Positions 16,796-26,637 are shown, numbered from the stretch's first letter. The stretch: DNA of 64,000 bases from Melioribacteraceae bacterium (GCA_015493615.1 WGCV01000010.1:28836-92835); one strand, 5' to 3'. Notes: generated by a model not told the origin, from the letters alone. Numbers and translations are program-made.

Positions 16796-18202
16796 TTACT
16801 CCAAATTATTTCTTTTAAGCATTTTATATAAACTTGAACGGTTAAGCCCTAAACTCTGTGCAGCTTTTGAGATATTTCCGTTAAACTTTTTCAGTAAGTT
16901 TTTTAAGAATATTTTTTCAATTTCACGACTTACCTGTTCGGCGGCTTTTCTTCTCACAAAATCCATTTCTTCCCAAGTTTCGGGGATTTTATCAATCACA
17001 AAATCTATGGAAGAATTTTCTCCTTTCAGCTTCGAGTCGAGATCTTGCTTCTTAACGGTGTCATCTTCCGATGAAATGATTGCTCGTGTAACATGGTTTT
17101 GTAATTCACGTATATTTCCGGGCCAATTGTACTTCGTCATGATTGTTATAGCTTCTTCCGAAAAAATCTTTTTCTTAATTTTCAAGTCATAGCAAATTTG
17201 CTCGGAAAAATGTTCAACCAATTCGGGAATATCTTCTTTTCGATTTCGTAACGGAGGAACTTCAATCGGGAGAACATCAATTCTGTAAAACAAATCTTCC
17301 CGGAATTTTCCATTTTCAATCATCGCCTCCAGATTTCTGTTTGTGGCAACAATAATTCGCGCGCTGTTCTTTATTGTCTTAGTTCCGCCTACCCGTTCAA
17401 ACTCCCTGTTTTGGATTATTCTTAAAAGTTTTACCTGCGCATCCAAACTAAGCTCTGAAATCTCATCAAGAAAAATTGTTCCCGGAGACGCCAACTCAAA
17501 TTTACCGAGCTTTTGTTTTGTGGCCCCTGTAAAAGCGCCTTTCTCATGACCGAACAACTCGCTTTCGATTAATTCTTTTGGAATAGCGGCGCAATTAACC
17601 GCCACAAACGCTTCATTTTTAACGCTGCTGTTTAAATGAATTTGCCGCGCAACCAGTTCTTTTCCCACCCCGCTTTCACCGGTAATTAATACTGTATTCA
17701 AGTTGTGGGCGTAAAGTAAAATCTTCTCTTTCAGTTTTTTGATTTCTTTGCTTGTGCCTACTATTTTGTAGAACTCTTTGGAAGCGTCTTTTTTCAGAGA
17801 GTCCGTTTTTCTTTTATATTCCGATAAATCGATTGACTGACGAATTTTAAGAAGGAGTTCTTTCATGTTAGGCGTTTTGGAAACATAATCGTAAGCTCCT
17901 TGTTTCATCGCGTCCAGAACGGTATCGACTGAAGCATAATCGGTAATCATAATGACGGGAATATTGGGATCAATCTTTTTTATTTTCTTTAAAATCTCAA
18001 TTCCGTTTTCCTTTTCCTCGAACATTAAATCTAGTAAAATCACGTCAATATTATTTTGCTTAATTATTTCAATTCCTTCTTCTCCATCCTCGGCGGATAG
18101 ACATTCGAAGTAATCCTTCAATAACATCAGGAAGTCGGAAGAAAAATCATAATCGTCGTCAATCAATAGTAGCAAGGGTTTGGCTGTTTTGTGGGTAGTC
18201 AT
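16796..18202 (-). CDS. Sigma-54-dependent response regulator (NtrC family: REC + AAA+ + Fis-type HTH)
   Basis: REC motifs LLIDDD, DVILLDLMF, VIMITD. AAA+ Walker A GESGVGKE. The sigma-54 contact loop ELFGHEKGAFTGA. C-terminal HTH NISKAAQSLGLNRSSLYKMLK. Confidence 0.9.
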   Translation of the reverse strand: MTTHKTAKPLLLLIDDDYDFSSDFLMLLKDYFECLSAEDGEEGIEIIKQNNIDVILLDLMFEEKENGIEILKKIKKIDPNIPVIMITDYASVDTVLDAMKQGAYDYVSKTPNMKELLLKIRQSIDLSEYKRKTDSLKKDASKEFYKIVGTSKEIKKLKEKILLYAHNLNTVLITGESGVGKELVARQIHLNSSVKNEAFVAVNCAAIPKELIESELFGHEKGAFTGATKQKLGKFELASPGTIFLDEISELSLDAQVKLLRIIQNREFERVGGTKTIKNSARIIVATNRNLEAMIENGKFREDLFYRIDVLPIEVPPLRNRKEDIPELVEHFSEQICYDLKIKKKIFSEEAITIMTKYNWPGNIRELQNHVTRAIISSEDDTVKKQDLDSKLKGENSSIDFVIDKIPETWEEMDFVRRKAAEQVSREIEKIFLKNLLKKFNGNISKAAQSLGLNRSSLYKMLKRNNLE

Positions 18203-21200
18203 TTACTTTATAATTCCTTCGTTTAGTTCGATGATGAATGTTGTTTTTTCATCGGAACTTGATTTTAGAAAAATTCTGCCGTCGTATTTTTTAAGAATCT
18301 TCGACGCTTCAAATAATCCGCGCCCGGTACTTTTACTCTCAGAATATCCTTGCTCAAAAATCAGAGCTGATTTATTTTCCGGTATTTTTTCGCCGGTATT
18401 GCTCCAGCTGATAATAATTCTCGGAGATTCCTTTTTTACAATTATTTCAATTCTTTTCACCGGCGAGGTTTTCATGAAACGGATTGAGTTATGAAGAAGG
18501 TTGTCAATTATATTTGCCAGTTCGTGACTTTTAATAAGCGCCGGAATTTTTTGTGAAAACAATTTCTTTTTCTCAATAATGATATTGTTGTCAGCAATTA
18601 GGGATGAAGTTTCATTTATAACATTATTAATAACTTCTGTCGGGAAGGAAGAAGACCGTGAAAATACAATATCCCTGATTTCTTTTATTCCCGTCCTGAT
18701 AATTGAGAGCTGGATAGCAAGGGAGTTCATATTAATTTTCTCAATATCTTTGAGCCGTTCTGGAATACCGGACTCAATCTCTGTCAGGGCATCAAAAATT
18801 GTTTTTAACTCTTTATTGTTAGGCTCAATTGCCTTTTCAATATTTAAGATTTCCGACAGAGCGGGCAACGTTAATTTGTTGAATGTCTCAAATCTTAACT
18901 TCAGCTTAGTTTTGAACTCGTTGTTAGATTCCCAATCAGGGGAAGGATTTTGACATAATAAAATTAATGAATTTAAGTTTCTTAGCGCCCATTTTCCATG
19001 CGAGAAGGATATTACAAGTTGCAGCAATCTTTCATCGTGAAGTTTAATTTCATCACGAGATAATTTTTTTAAACCGACTAAAATTGTTAGCGGTAAAATA
19101 CCGCTTAATAGGGCAACGCTTAAAGGAACTAAATATCGTAGATATTCATTGCTTGAAAATGAAGCTACATAAACCGAAACGGAAAAAAGAGTTAAATCAA
19201 GCAGCGAGAAAACAAGCAGTTTTTTACTTGTGAAATAGTTGTTTTTGTAACTGTATCGGAGTCCAAAAAAAATTATTAGCAGAGATAATATAATTATGAA
19301 AAAGTATATTTGATTTTCTGTTTGAGAAGCAAAGCGGAAAATAACGCCGGGTAAAAGGAAAAAAGTTTTTTGAATTCCTGAATATTCATGAACGTCTAAA
19401 GTAGTTCCTTGTTTTACGAGTGGGAAATAAATTTCTTTGCCTGATGAGAATTTGATTTTTACAGCCGAGCTTTTTGCCGATCCGAGACCGAAATGGATTG
19501 TAAAAGTATTCCTTTGATTTCTGAAAGTTTCGCTTGCGCCAAGCTGCTTATACCCGAGGAGAAGGTTTCTATTGTCGGTTTTTTCTTTCTGAAAAGCCCA
19601 AACTTTTGCTCCTTTGGCTTCGGTTGTTGATTCTATTCCATGCAGTTTGATATTAATAAAATTATTACGATCAAGATTGTTCAAATAAAGTAAATTATGT
19701 TTCTTGGTAGTGCAGTAAATATCCAAATCACCGTCGTCGTCAATATCTGTAATGGCGGAATGGATTATAGAAAGGTTTTTAGATGAGATAACTATCGAAT
19801 CAGCGCTAAAATCTCTGCCGTTGTTATTTTTAATAAGAACTAATTTATGTTTACCGTTAAAATTTAATTGAGCAACAATATCACAAAAACCGTCGTTATT
19901 GAAATCTCCGAGATTAAACATTTCAACCGAAGGTTTTGAATTATGTTTTTCAAAAGGAGTCAAATGAATTTTATTGGAATAATCAATAAACTTATCATTT
20001 CCGTCATTTTTATAAAGGTTCAATTTGCCGGAAGTAAAAAGAGTGAATATGTCCAAATCCCCATCGTTATCAAAATCCGATAAAAGCGTGTTCGAAGATT
20101 CGCCTTTTAAGAATAGACTGTCGGCAAGTTTGTACTTCATTTTATTGTTACTCGAAATATTAATTCCGAGTTCATCTGATGCCCAGTAATTTGAAAGAAT
20201 AAAATCGGTTTTATCATCGTTGTTTAAGTCGGCAAATGTTATCGAAGAGTTCCATTTGTTTGTCAGCGGTTTGAGCGTAGTATCGGGAGAAAACACGCTT
20301 CCCCAATAGCTGTTATTATATATTAAAACGTAGCCCGGTTTATTTTTTGCTCCGTAATATGATGTAACAATTATGTCATCGTCCCCATCATTGTCATAAT
20401 CGAATGTTGAAAGCTGCCGAATCCCAAATATTTGAAAGTCTGAAGGAATTTCGATTTCCTTTTTTAATCTGAACTTAAATTCACCGAGATTTTCGTAGAT
20501 CATTATTTTGTGGAGTGTGTCAGGTATTCCTTCAAGAATAACGTCGATTAAGCCATCTTTATTTAAATCGGACAGAGCAAAAAAATTAATTCTGAATCTG
20601 TTAAAGGGGAGTCCCGAGGTTGAAGTCAGGTTTGCAAACGGCGAGTTTTCGACTCCTTTGAATAATCCCAAAAAATTTCTTGACGAATTATTTGTTAAAA
20701 GCAAATCCGGAATTTTATCATTGTTTGCGTCAAAAAATGCGGCGCCGGTATTTTGAGAATTAGGAAGGTCGTCAACTCTGTAAACAGCGGCGGCTTCAGT
20801 AAAATTGTTTTCGTCTGAATTTCGGGAGATGTAAATGTTTCCGTCTTTCGAAAGGAGCGCAAAACTGCTATCGTTAAAACTCACGCTATTTTGGATATTG
20901 TAGTTTTCCGGAAATTGTAAAATGATTTTTTCTCCGGATTTATTGAAATCAGCAACATAACCGTATCCCAAATGGCTCTTAATTAAATTCGGGAAAAAGA
21001 TTTCAAGAATCTCTTTATCTTTTATTTCTGTCAGACCGTCATCCCCAATTCGGAAAATTATCCCTCTTATTGATTTACCGTAAACTTTGTCCCTAATTAT
21101 TTTCAACTCTTTAATAATTCGGTAGGTTGAGTTATTGTAATGGAAAAAGTCTTTTCCGTCAAATCGAAAGATTCCTTCTTTTCGTGTTGATAGGTAAAGT

Positions 21201-21709
21201 TTGCCGTTATATGTAATTCCTGAAATTATATGAGAATCAAAAGGCGTTTTAATTCGAGACCAGTTATTTCCGTCTAATTTGATTAACGTTCCTTCATCGC
21301 CGCCGATAAAATAGGAATTTTTCAGCTTGAAAATTTGATGCAACGGAGCGTTTGAACTAAAATTGAATTTATGCCAAATTCCGTTGGTTATTCTAAAAAT
21401 TACTCCGTGCCAATTAAGGTCCGTAGCGGAACAAAGAAAATTATTTTCACTTATTTCATAATAAAACGCCAATTTGAATTTACCGGGGGGTTGCAAAAAG
21501 AGAGGTCTAAAATTTTTTATGTTAATTAGAATTCCGTTTGAGGTCTGTACCGAAAAATTGCTTTTGTTTTTTCCGGATACAAAATGGAGGGGAACTCCCG
21601 TGCCGGTTTCAATCTTTAGCCAACTAAAGTTTAGATATTTACTTGTTTTATCTCCGGGAAAAAGAATTATCGGAAAAGCAACAAGAAAGATGATTATTAA
21701 TTTTCTCAT
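18203..21709 (-). CDS. Sensor histidine kinase with a very large extracytoplasmic domain (propeller-like region, FG-GAP/VCBS repeats, UnbV_ASPIC-like module)
   Basis: Signal/TM at MRKLIIIFLVAFPIILF (start moved to 21709). Repeated DxDxDGDxD loops (DYDNDGDDDI, DFDNDGDLDI, DIDDDGDLDI). ASPIC-like GAKVWAF...FGLGSAKSSAVKIKFSSGKEIYF. Three TM helices. H-box-like FSHGKWALRN. HATPase N/G boxes IIDNLLHNSIRF and GRGLF. Confidence 0.8.
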   Translation of the reverse strand: MRKLIIIFLVAFPIILFPGDKTSKYLNFSWLKIETGTGVPLHFVSGKNKSNFSVQTSNGILINIKNFRPLFLQPPGKFKLAFYYEISENNFLCSATDLNWHGVIFRITNGIWHKFNFSSNAPLHQIFKLKNSYFIGGDEGTLIKLDGNNWSRIKTPFDSHIISGITYNGKLYLSTRKEGIFRFDGKDFFHYNNSTYRIIKELKIIRDKVYGKSIRGIIFRIGDDGLTEIKDKEILEIFFPNLIKSHLGYGYVADFNKSGEKIILQFPENYNIQNSVSFNDSSFALLSKDGNIYISRNSDENNFTEAAAVYRVDDLPNSQNTGAAFFDANNDKIPDLLLTNNSSRNFLGLFKGVENSPFANLTSTSGLPFNRFRINFFALSDLNKDGLIDVILEGIPDTLHKIMIYENLGEFKFRLKKEIEIPSDFQIFGIRQLSTFDYDNDGDDDIIVTSYYGAKNKPGYVLIYNNSYWGSVFSPDTTLKPLTNKWNSSITFADLNNDDKTDFILSNYWASDELGINISSNNKMKYKLADSLFLKGESSNTLLSDFDNDGDLDIFTLFTSGKLNLYKNDGNDKFIDYSNKIHLTPFEKHNSKPSVEMFNLGDFNNDGFCDIVAQLNFNGKHKLVLIKNNNGRDFSADSIVISSKNLSIIHSAITDIDDDGDLDIYCTTKKHNLLYLNNLDRNNFINIKLHGIESTTEAKGAKVWAFQKEKTDNRNLLLGYKQLGASETFRNQRNTFTIHFGLGSAKSSAVKIKFSSGKEIYFPLVKQGTTLDVHEYSGIQKTFFLLPGVIFRFASQTENQIYFFIIILSLLIIFFGLRYSYKNNYFTSKKLLVFSLLDLTLFSVSVYVASFSSNEYLRYLVPLSVALLSGILPLTILVGLKKLSRDEIKLHDERLLQLVISFSHGKWALRNLNSLILLCQNPSPDWESNNEFKTKLKLRFETFNKLTLPALSEILNIEKAIEPNNKELKTIFDALTEIESGIPERLKDIEKINMNSLAIQLSIIRTGIKEIRDIVFSRSSSFPTEVINNVINETSSLIADNNIIIEKKKLFSQKIPALIKSHELANIIDNLLHNSIRFMKTSPVKRIEIIVKKESPRIIISWSNTGEKIPENKSALIFEQGYSESKSTGRGLFEASKILKKYDGRIFLKSSSDEKTTFIIELNEGIIK

Positions 21710-21860
21710 TCGGAAATATATCAAAATAATATTTCCTGTTAAAAAAAATGTTGACCGGCAAGGCAACATTTTTCACCGCAAGGGCGACAATTCTAAGGCG
21801 TTTGTCAATTTAATAAAAGCTAAGTCATTTAATAATAAGCTCTTACAAATGAAATTATCT

Positions 21861-21876
21861 TGGCACTATGCTTGCA
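21861..21876 (+). promoter_or_regulatory. Sigma-54 (-24/-12) promoter
   Basis: TGGCAC-tatgc-TTGCA matches the TGGCAC-N5-TTGCW consensus, with GG at 21862-3 and GC at 21874-5. It lies 26 nt upstream of the ATG at 21902 and is divergent from the kinase/NtrC-type operon. Confidence 0.75.
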
Positions 21877-21901
21877 GTAGTTTAATAAAAAATGGTGAAC
21901 A

Positions 21902-22108
21902 ATGAAATTCTATAAAATTTGCACAAAATGCAATTATTTCACAAGAGTTGAAGCTCCGGATGATTTTTGTCCTAATTGCGGTACAAAATTGATTTCGGAA
22001 TGCCGCAATTGCAGCGAAAAAATTGATAACCCATATGCAAACTATTGTAAGAAGTGTGGTAAACAATTAAGAGATGAAAAAGAGAATGAATCAATAATTA
22101 ATTTCTAA
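21902..22108 (+). CDS. Small double zinc-ribbon protein
   Basis: 68 aa with four CxxC pairs (CTKC, CPNC, CRNC, CKKC). Confidence 0.6.
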   Translation: MKFYKICTKCNYFTRVEAPDDFCPNCGTKLISECRNCSEKIDNPYANYCKKCGKQLRDEKENESIINF

Positions 22109-22119
22109 AAGGAGAAAAA

Positions 22120-23997
22120 ATGAAAAAAATATTATTTGCCCTTGTAGTGTTTTTGGCAGCTTCTGTGTTTGCTGAAAACATTGTATCGCCCGAAAATACA
22201 ATGTCGGGCGCAACTATTAACGGCAGAGTAACAAATTCGGTTAACGGGACGGGACTTCAAGGCGCGCAAGTACAAATAGCGGGGTTAACAACCGTAACGG
22301 ATGCTTCAGGCAATTACGAAATCAGCGGCATTCCGGAAGCGGTTTTAACCGCTCGTTTTTCAGGAAGTCCGGTTTCGGGTACTGCACCGTTAACCGTAAA
22401 CTTTACTGATCAATCGACTGACGCGGCTCATGTTCTTGTTGTTACCGCTTCCGGTTACAGCACATATACAAATTCGCATGTAGTAATTGCCGATGGTGAA
22501 ACGTTAACAATGGATGTTTCCCTTTCGCCAACAATATCCGCTGGAGAACTTCGAATTGTTCTCAACTGGGGGGAATATCCGCACGATTTGGATTCCTTCT
22601 TAAAAACTCCTCCAATCGAAGGAAACGAATATACGGTTTATTACAGCTCAAGAGGAGATTCAGCTTCGCCGCCTTATGCAACTTTAGACCACGATGACCA
22701 AGACGGATACGGACCGGAGACAATAACAATTTATCAAAGAGCTTCCGGAACTTACAAATACTATGTTCATCAGTATTCGTCAACAGGCACGCTGATTACT
22801 TCAAATGCGGTTGTGCAGGTTTATGATGCTTCGGGCTTGATTGCTTCCGTTAATGTTCCTACCGAAGGGGATGGGAGATATTGGAACGTGCTTACAATTG
22901 ACGGAGCTACCGGCGATATAACAATAATTAATGAAATACTTGATACCGCTCCCAGCAAGCTATTGGTATTCCCGGGAGAGAAAAAGAATGAAGTAGCAGT
23001 GAATTTAAATGTGAAAAGCAGTAAGGATATTACAAGCTGGTTGTGGAATTTCGGAGACGGAACAACGTCAACCGAGCAGAATCCTTCGCATACTTACACT
23101 TCGGCGGGGACTTACACTGTTACATTAACCGTTGACAACGGTACAACAGAAAATACCGAAACTAAAACGGATTATATAAACGTAACCGGCGGGGCAGTGA
23201 CCGGAACAATTTTGCAAGAGAATTTTGACGGAGATGTTTTTCCTCCCGCAGGCTGGACGCAGACGTCAACGCAAGTCGATTATACTTGGCAGAAAGGTAA
23301 TCCCACCGACCATCCATTTTCCGGGATTGATGCAACTAGCGTTTACTCGGCAATTTGTCCTTGGGTGGCTCAGAACCAGGAAGAACGGCTATTTTCACGT
23401 TCGTTTAACATCGGAAACGGAAATGCAACTTTAACTTTTTGGGCGGGCTACAGCACAAACTGGCTGTCGCAAGCTACGGTAAAGCTTAAGATTACAACCG
23501 ACAACGGAAACAATTGGACTCAAATTTGGGAAGCTGAAAACGACGGCGGTTCATGGGAATGGAGAGAATTTACCATCGATTTAAGTTCGTACAAAAACCA
23601 TGACGGAATAATAATGCAGTGGGTTTATATCGGAAACGACGGCGATCTGGTTGGAATAGATAATGTTTTAATTGAAGGAACGCTCTCCGACGTAAATGAC
23701 AGCGGGGAAGCGCTTAGAGGATTTTCTTTAAGTCAAAATTATCCGAATCCGTTTTCCAAAAGCGCACAAGGAAAAGCGGCGACTTCAATCAATTACTCGA
23801 TTCCCAACGCTAACTTTGTAACAATAAATGTTTATAATACTCTGGGACAAAATGTTGCAACCTTAATAAATCAAAATCAGAACAGAGGCAATTACTCTGT
23901 AACTTTTGAATCGGAGAATCTGCCGACGGGAATTTATTTTTACACAATTAAAGCGGGTAATTTTACTCAAACGAAAAAGATGTTACTAATCAAATAA
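22120..23997 (+). CDS. Secreted multidomain T9SS cargo protein (CarboxypepD_reg-like, YfaP-like, PKD, MAM-like, Por_Secre_tail)
   Basis: Signal peptide. INGRVTNSVNGTGLQGAQVQI. LNWGEYPHDLDSFL...DHDDQDGYGPE (YfaP-like). WNFGDGTTSTEQNPSHTYTSAGTYTVTLTV (PKD). C-terminal NYPNPF...GIYFYTIKAGNFTQTKKMLLIK. Confidence 0.8.
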   Translation: MKKILFALVVFLAASVFAENIVSPENTMSGATINGRVTNSVNGTGLQGAQVQIAGLTTVTDASGNYEISGIPEAVLTARFSGSPVSGTAPLTVNFTDQSTDAAHVLVVTASGYSTYTNSHVVIADGETLTMDVSLSPTISAGELRIVLNWGEYPHDLDSFLKTPPIEGNEYTVYYSSRGDSASPPYATLDHDDQDGYGPETITIYQRASGTYKYYVHQYSSTGTLITSNAVVQVYDASGLIASVNVPTEGDGRYWNVLTIDGATGDITIINEILDTAPSKLLVFPGEKKNEVAVNLNVKSSKDITSWLWNFGDGTTSTEQNPSHTYTSAGTYTVTLTVDNGTTENTETKTDYINVTGGAVTGTILQENFDGDVFPPAGWTQTSTQVDYTWQKGNPTDHPFSGIDATSVYSAICPWVAQNQEERLFSRSFNIGNGNATLTFWAGYSTNWLSQATVKLKITTDNGNNWTQIWEAENDGGSWEWREFTIDLSSYKNHDGIIMQWVYIGNDGDLVGIDNVLIEGTLSDVNDSGEALRGFSLSQNYPNPFSKSAQGKAATSINYSIPNANFVTINVYNTLGQNVATLINQNQNRGNYSVTFESENLPTGIYFYTIKAGNFTQTKKMLLIK

Positions 23998-24013
23998 ATA
24001 GAAGGAGAATAAA

Positions 24014-24652
24014 ATGAAATTTATCTCAAAAATATTGGTTGTAGCTATAATCGGAATTTTCATAAGCAGCTGTTCTTCGTCAAATCCGTATATGACCAAA
24101 AGCACAGACGAATACCAAACAGTAACTAATAAATTGCTCGGAGAGTGGGGCGTTACCGGTTATAAAGTTGACGGCAAAGAAATGCTTCATAACAAATACT
24201 CTAAAATGAAAGCTGACTTTGATTTTCTCGGGCGCACGGTACAGTTTGATATTTGGGTTGCGGACGGAACAATATCGGATAAGTTGCTGGACTGGAAAGA
24301 GAAATTTCCGGGAATTAAAGTTGACGAATATAAAATAAGTTATACTGCAGGATGGTATGTAACCGAGGACGGAAAGAATCTGGTACTTACCAATCCCAAT
24401 ACGGATTTGGTAATTAAAGGAGACGGAGAAAACTTTACCGGATTTTATAATTGGGAAAAGTCTAAATTTAATGCTGCAAAATCGATGGATGACGGTTCTT
24501 TATTAGGTTCAGCTCTCGGTTCTTTGGCTAAGTCGGCAACGGGCACCAGCGATTTGTTCCCCGAAATTAGCGATTCATACAAGATTGTAAATATAAAAGA
24601 TAATTTCGTTTTGCTTCGTAACGGACAGAATTCTTTAAGATTAGTCAGATAG
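24014..24652 (+). CDS. Lipoprotein of unknown function
   Basis: Lipobox-like IFISSCSS after a hydrophobic leader. No recognisable domain. Confidence 0.5.
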   Translation: MKFISKILVVAIIGIFISSCSSSNPYMTKSTDEYQTVTNKLLGEWGVTGYKVDGKEMLHNKYSKMKADFDFLGRTVQFDIWVADGTISDKLLDWKEKFPGIKVDEYKISYTAGWYVTEDGKNLVLTNPNTDLVIKGDGENFTGFYNWEKSKFNAAKSMDDGSLLGSALGSLAKSATGTSDLFPEISDSYKIVNIKDNFVLLRNGQNSLRLVR

Positions 24653-24671
24653 GATTTTTCCTAAGATTGAT

Positions 24672-24703
24672 AAGCCGCCATATTGTGGCGGCTTATTTAT
24701 TTT
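24672..24703. terminator. Strong hairpin terminator, plausibly bidirectional
   Basis: aagccgcca-tattg-tggcggctt is a 9-bp GC-rich stem followed by atttatttt. It is preceded by an A-rich stretch on the other strand. Confidence 0.75.
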
Positions 24704-24786
24704 AAAATCTGCATTGCGCGAGTAAAAACCGTATCGGCATTTCTTTATGTATGTCTGGCAATTGGATGAGCAGTATGGTTCTCCCA
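24703..24786 (-). pseudogene. Displaced, decayed copy of the 3' end of the GT9 glycosyltransferase gene (left boundary of the inserted block)
   Basis: 24703-24741 matches 35068-35106 at 38/39. 24744-24786 aligns with 35138-35180 at roughly 70%, with a 29-nt deletion. The minus-strand translation EPYCSSNCQTYIKKC compares with ESYCAANCPADIKQC in the intact gene. Confidence 0.75.
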
Positions 24787-26574
24787 CTATTTTTTTAATA
24801 TTTTGTTGGCGGTAGTTTTAGTTTTCAGGATATAAATCGCGTTTGTTAGTTTTGTCAAATCAAGTAAAACCGATGTTTCATTAAGAATACTTTTACGGGT
24901 TAACTTTGTAACGTCTTGTCCGAGAATATTATAGACTTTAACTTCGCTTAAATTATATTTACTGCCTTTTATGATGATTTTATCCGATGTTGGGTTTGGA
25001 TAGATAAAAATGCTATTGGCAGAAGACGTATTGGAAGAATTACCGACGCTTTGAGGACCGGTATATTCGTAAATTCCCATGTCGAAGCCGGCTCCTTGCG
25101 GACGGGTTACGCCTGCAAAATCTGACAAGGGAGCGTTTTCCGAAGTTCCGGAATCAATACACGGACTTGTTTCTTGCAAATGATAATCTCCGTCGGAGGC
25201 ATTTACAAACAACGGATCGCTGGAAATATTATTTTCTCCCGAAGGCGCCGAAAAACCATTGTTGAAGAAATCCGAATAGATATATTCAAAGTTTACCGTA
25301 TTATCGCCGGCAGCAAAATTATTTACATTAGAAATTATACAATTAACCAATTTATTCCCCGTGTTAGGTCTTTCGCAATTAAAAAGAAAATTTGAATTAT
25401 AAATCAGACAGTTTGCGATTATATTATTATTTACCAGAGCGCTATTGTAAAAGTAAGGATTTAAGTCTATTGCCCATTCCGAATTTTTAATGACACAATT
25501 ATTGAATGAATTATTATTTCCGCAGTAATCCGCGTCTTCTCCCGCCAATATAAAACGGATTCCGGCTTGACAACTTTCTGAAATACAAGCGTTAAACGTA
25601 TTATTGCTCGCTCCTTCTCGTATCATAAAAGCCGAAACGTCGCTCGAAACGCCGCCGAGTGCGGTGCAATTTTTAAATTCGTTGTTTTGTACGCCGGACC
25701 AGCGCACGCTAAAACATCCGGCAATCATATTTTTCACCGTACAATCAACAAACAAATTATTTTGACCGCTTTCCTTTATTTCAAATCCGTGTCCTACATC
25801 TTCCAAATCGCCGTCGCGCTCGGCGTAACAATTTTCTATTACATTATTATTTCCCTTTATTACAAGATAATAATCCATTGAAGTGTAAGTGCCATCTGAA
25901 ATTTGTTGACTTTCATTGCTGTAAATTTTACAATTTTCAATATGATTATTATCTCCCCAAATATCCATTCCCGCTCCGGTAGCATTTACAATAAGACAAT
26001 TTTTTACGCTGTTATTATTTGCTTCCTTCATAGCGATAGCCGTGGAATATTCCCATCCGATATTTTGTAAGAAAATATTTTCCAGGATATGATTGGAATT
26101 TATTGACGTTGTATTCCAGATACTAATTCCAGATAAACTATTTGCTATTTGGATATTTTTAATCGTTATCGAATAAATGTCAGACAGATTAATGCCCTCG
26201 CCTGTATTTCTGTCTCCGGGATTTATCAAAGGCATGAGAGTAGGGTCAACATTGTCGCCATATACAAAATCAAAACCGGATATATCTCCCGGAACATTTT
26301 GATAACCGATAAATGAAATCCTGGCGTCGTTTGCCGAATAATTTTTGTCAATAAATATTTCGTCGTTTCCGTAGTCCCCGGCTTTAATATATACGGTATC
26401 TCCCGCCGTTACCGGACTTGAAGATGACGCCGCATAGCTAATTGTTCTCCAAGCATTTGCTTCGCTTAATCCGGAGTTGCCGTCATTCCCGGTCGTGGAA
26501 ACGAAATATACATTTTGAGCTAAGGTAATTGTTGAAACGACAAACAATAAAATAATTGTAATTAGTTTTTTCAT
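24787..26574 (-). CDS. Right-handed parallel beta-helix (pectin-lyase-fold) protein with a T9SS C-terminal sorting domain
   Basis: Signal peptide. YFVSTTGNDGNSGLSEANAWRTISYA. Many N.I.N repeats. C-terminal IFIYPNPTSDKIIIKG...IYILKTKTTANKILKK. Confidence 0.75.
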   Translation of the reverse strand: MKKLITIILLFVVSTITLAQNVYFVSTTGNDGNSGLSEANAWRTISYAASSSSPVTAGDTVYIKAGDYGNDEIFIDKNYSANDARISFIGYQNVPGDISGFDFVYGDNVDPTLMPLINPGDRNTGEGINLSDIYSITIKNIQIANSLSGISIWNTTSINSNHILENIFLQNIGWEYSTAIAMKEANNNSVKNCLIVNATGAGMDIWGDNNHIENCKIYSNESQQISDGTYTSMDYYLVIKGNNNVIENCYAERDGDLEDVGHGFEIKESGQNNLFVDCTVKNMIAGCFSVRWSGVQNNEFKNCTALGGVSSDVSAFMIREGASNNTFNACISESCQAGIRFILAGEDADYCGNNNSFNNCVIKNSEWAIDLNPYFYNSALVNNNIIANCLIYNSNFLFNCERPNTGNKLVNCIISNVNNFAAGDNTVNFEYIYSDFFNNGFSAPSGENNISSDPLFVNASDGDYHLQETSPCIDSGTSENAPLSDFAGVTRPQGAGFDMGIYEYTGPQSVGNSSNTSSANSIFIYPNPTSDKIIIKGSKYNLSEVKVYNILGQDVTKLTRKSILNETSVLLDLTKLTNAIYILKTKTTANKILKK

Positions 26575-26637
26575 ATTTGTTCATTTTTGTTAAAGTTTTT
26601 CGCGGTTTTAAAAAATTGATTAGTTAAAAGTAACAGT

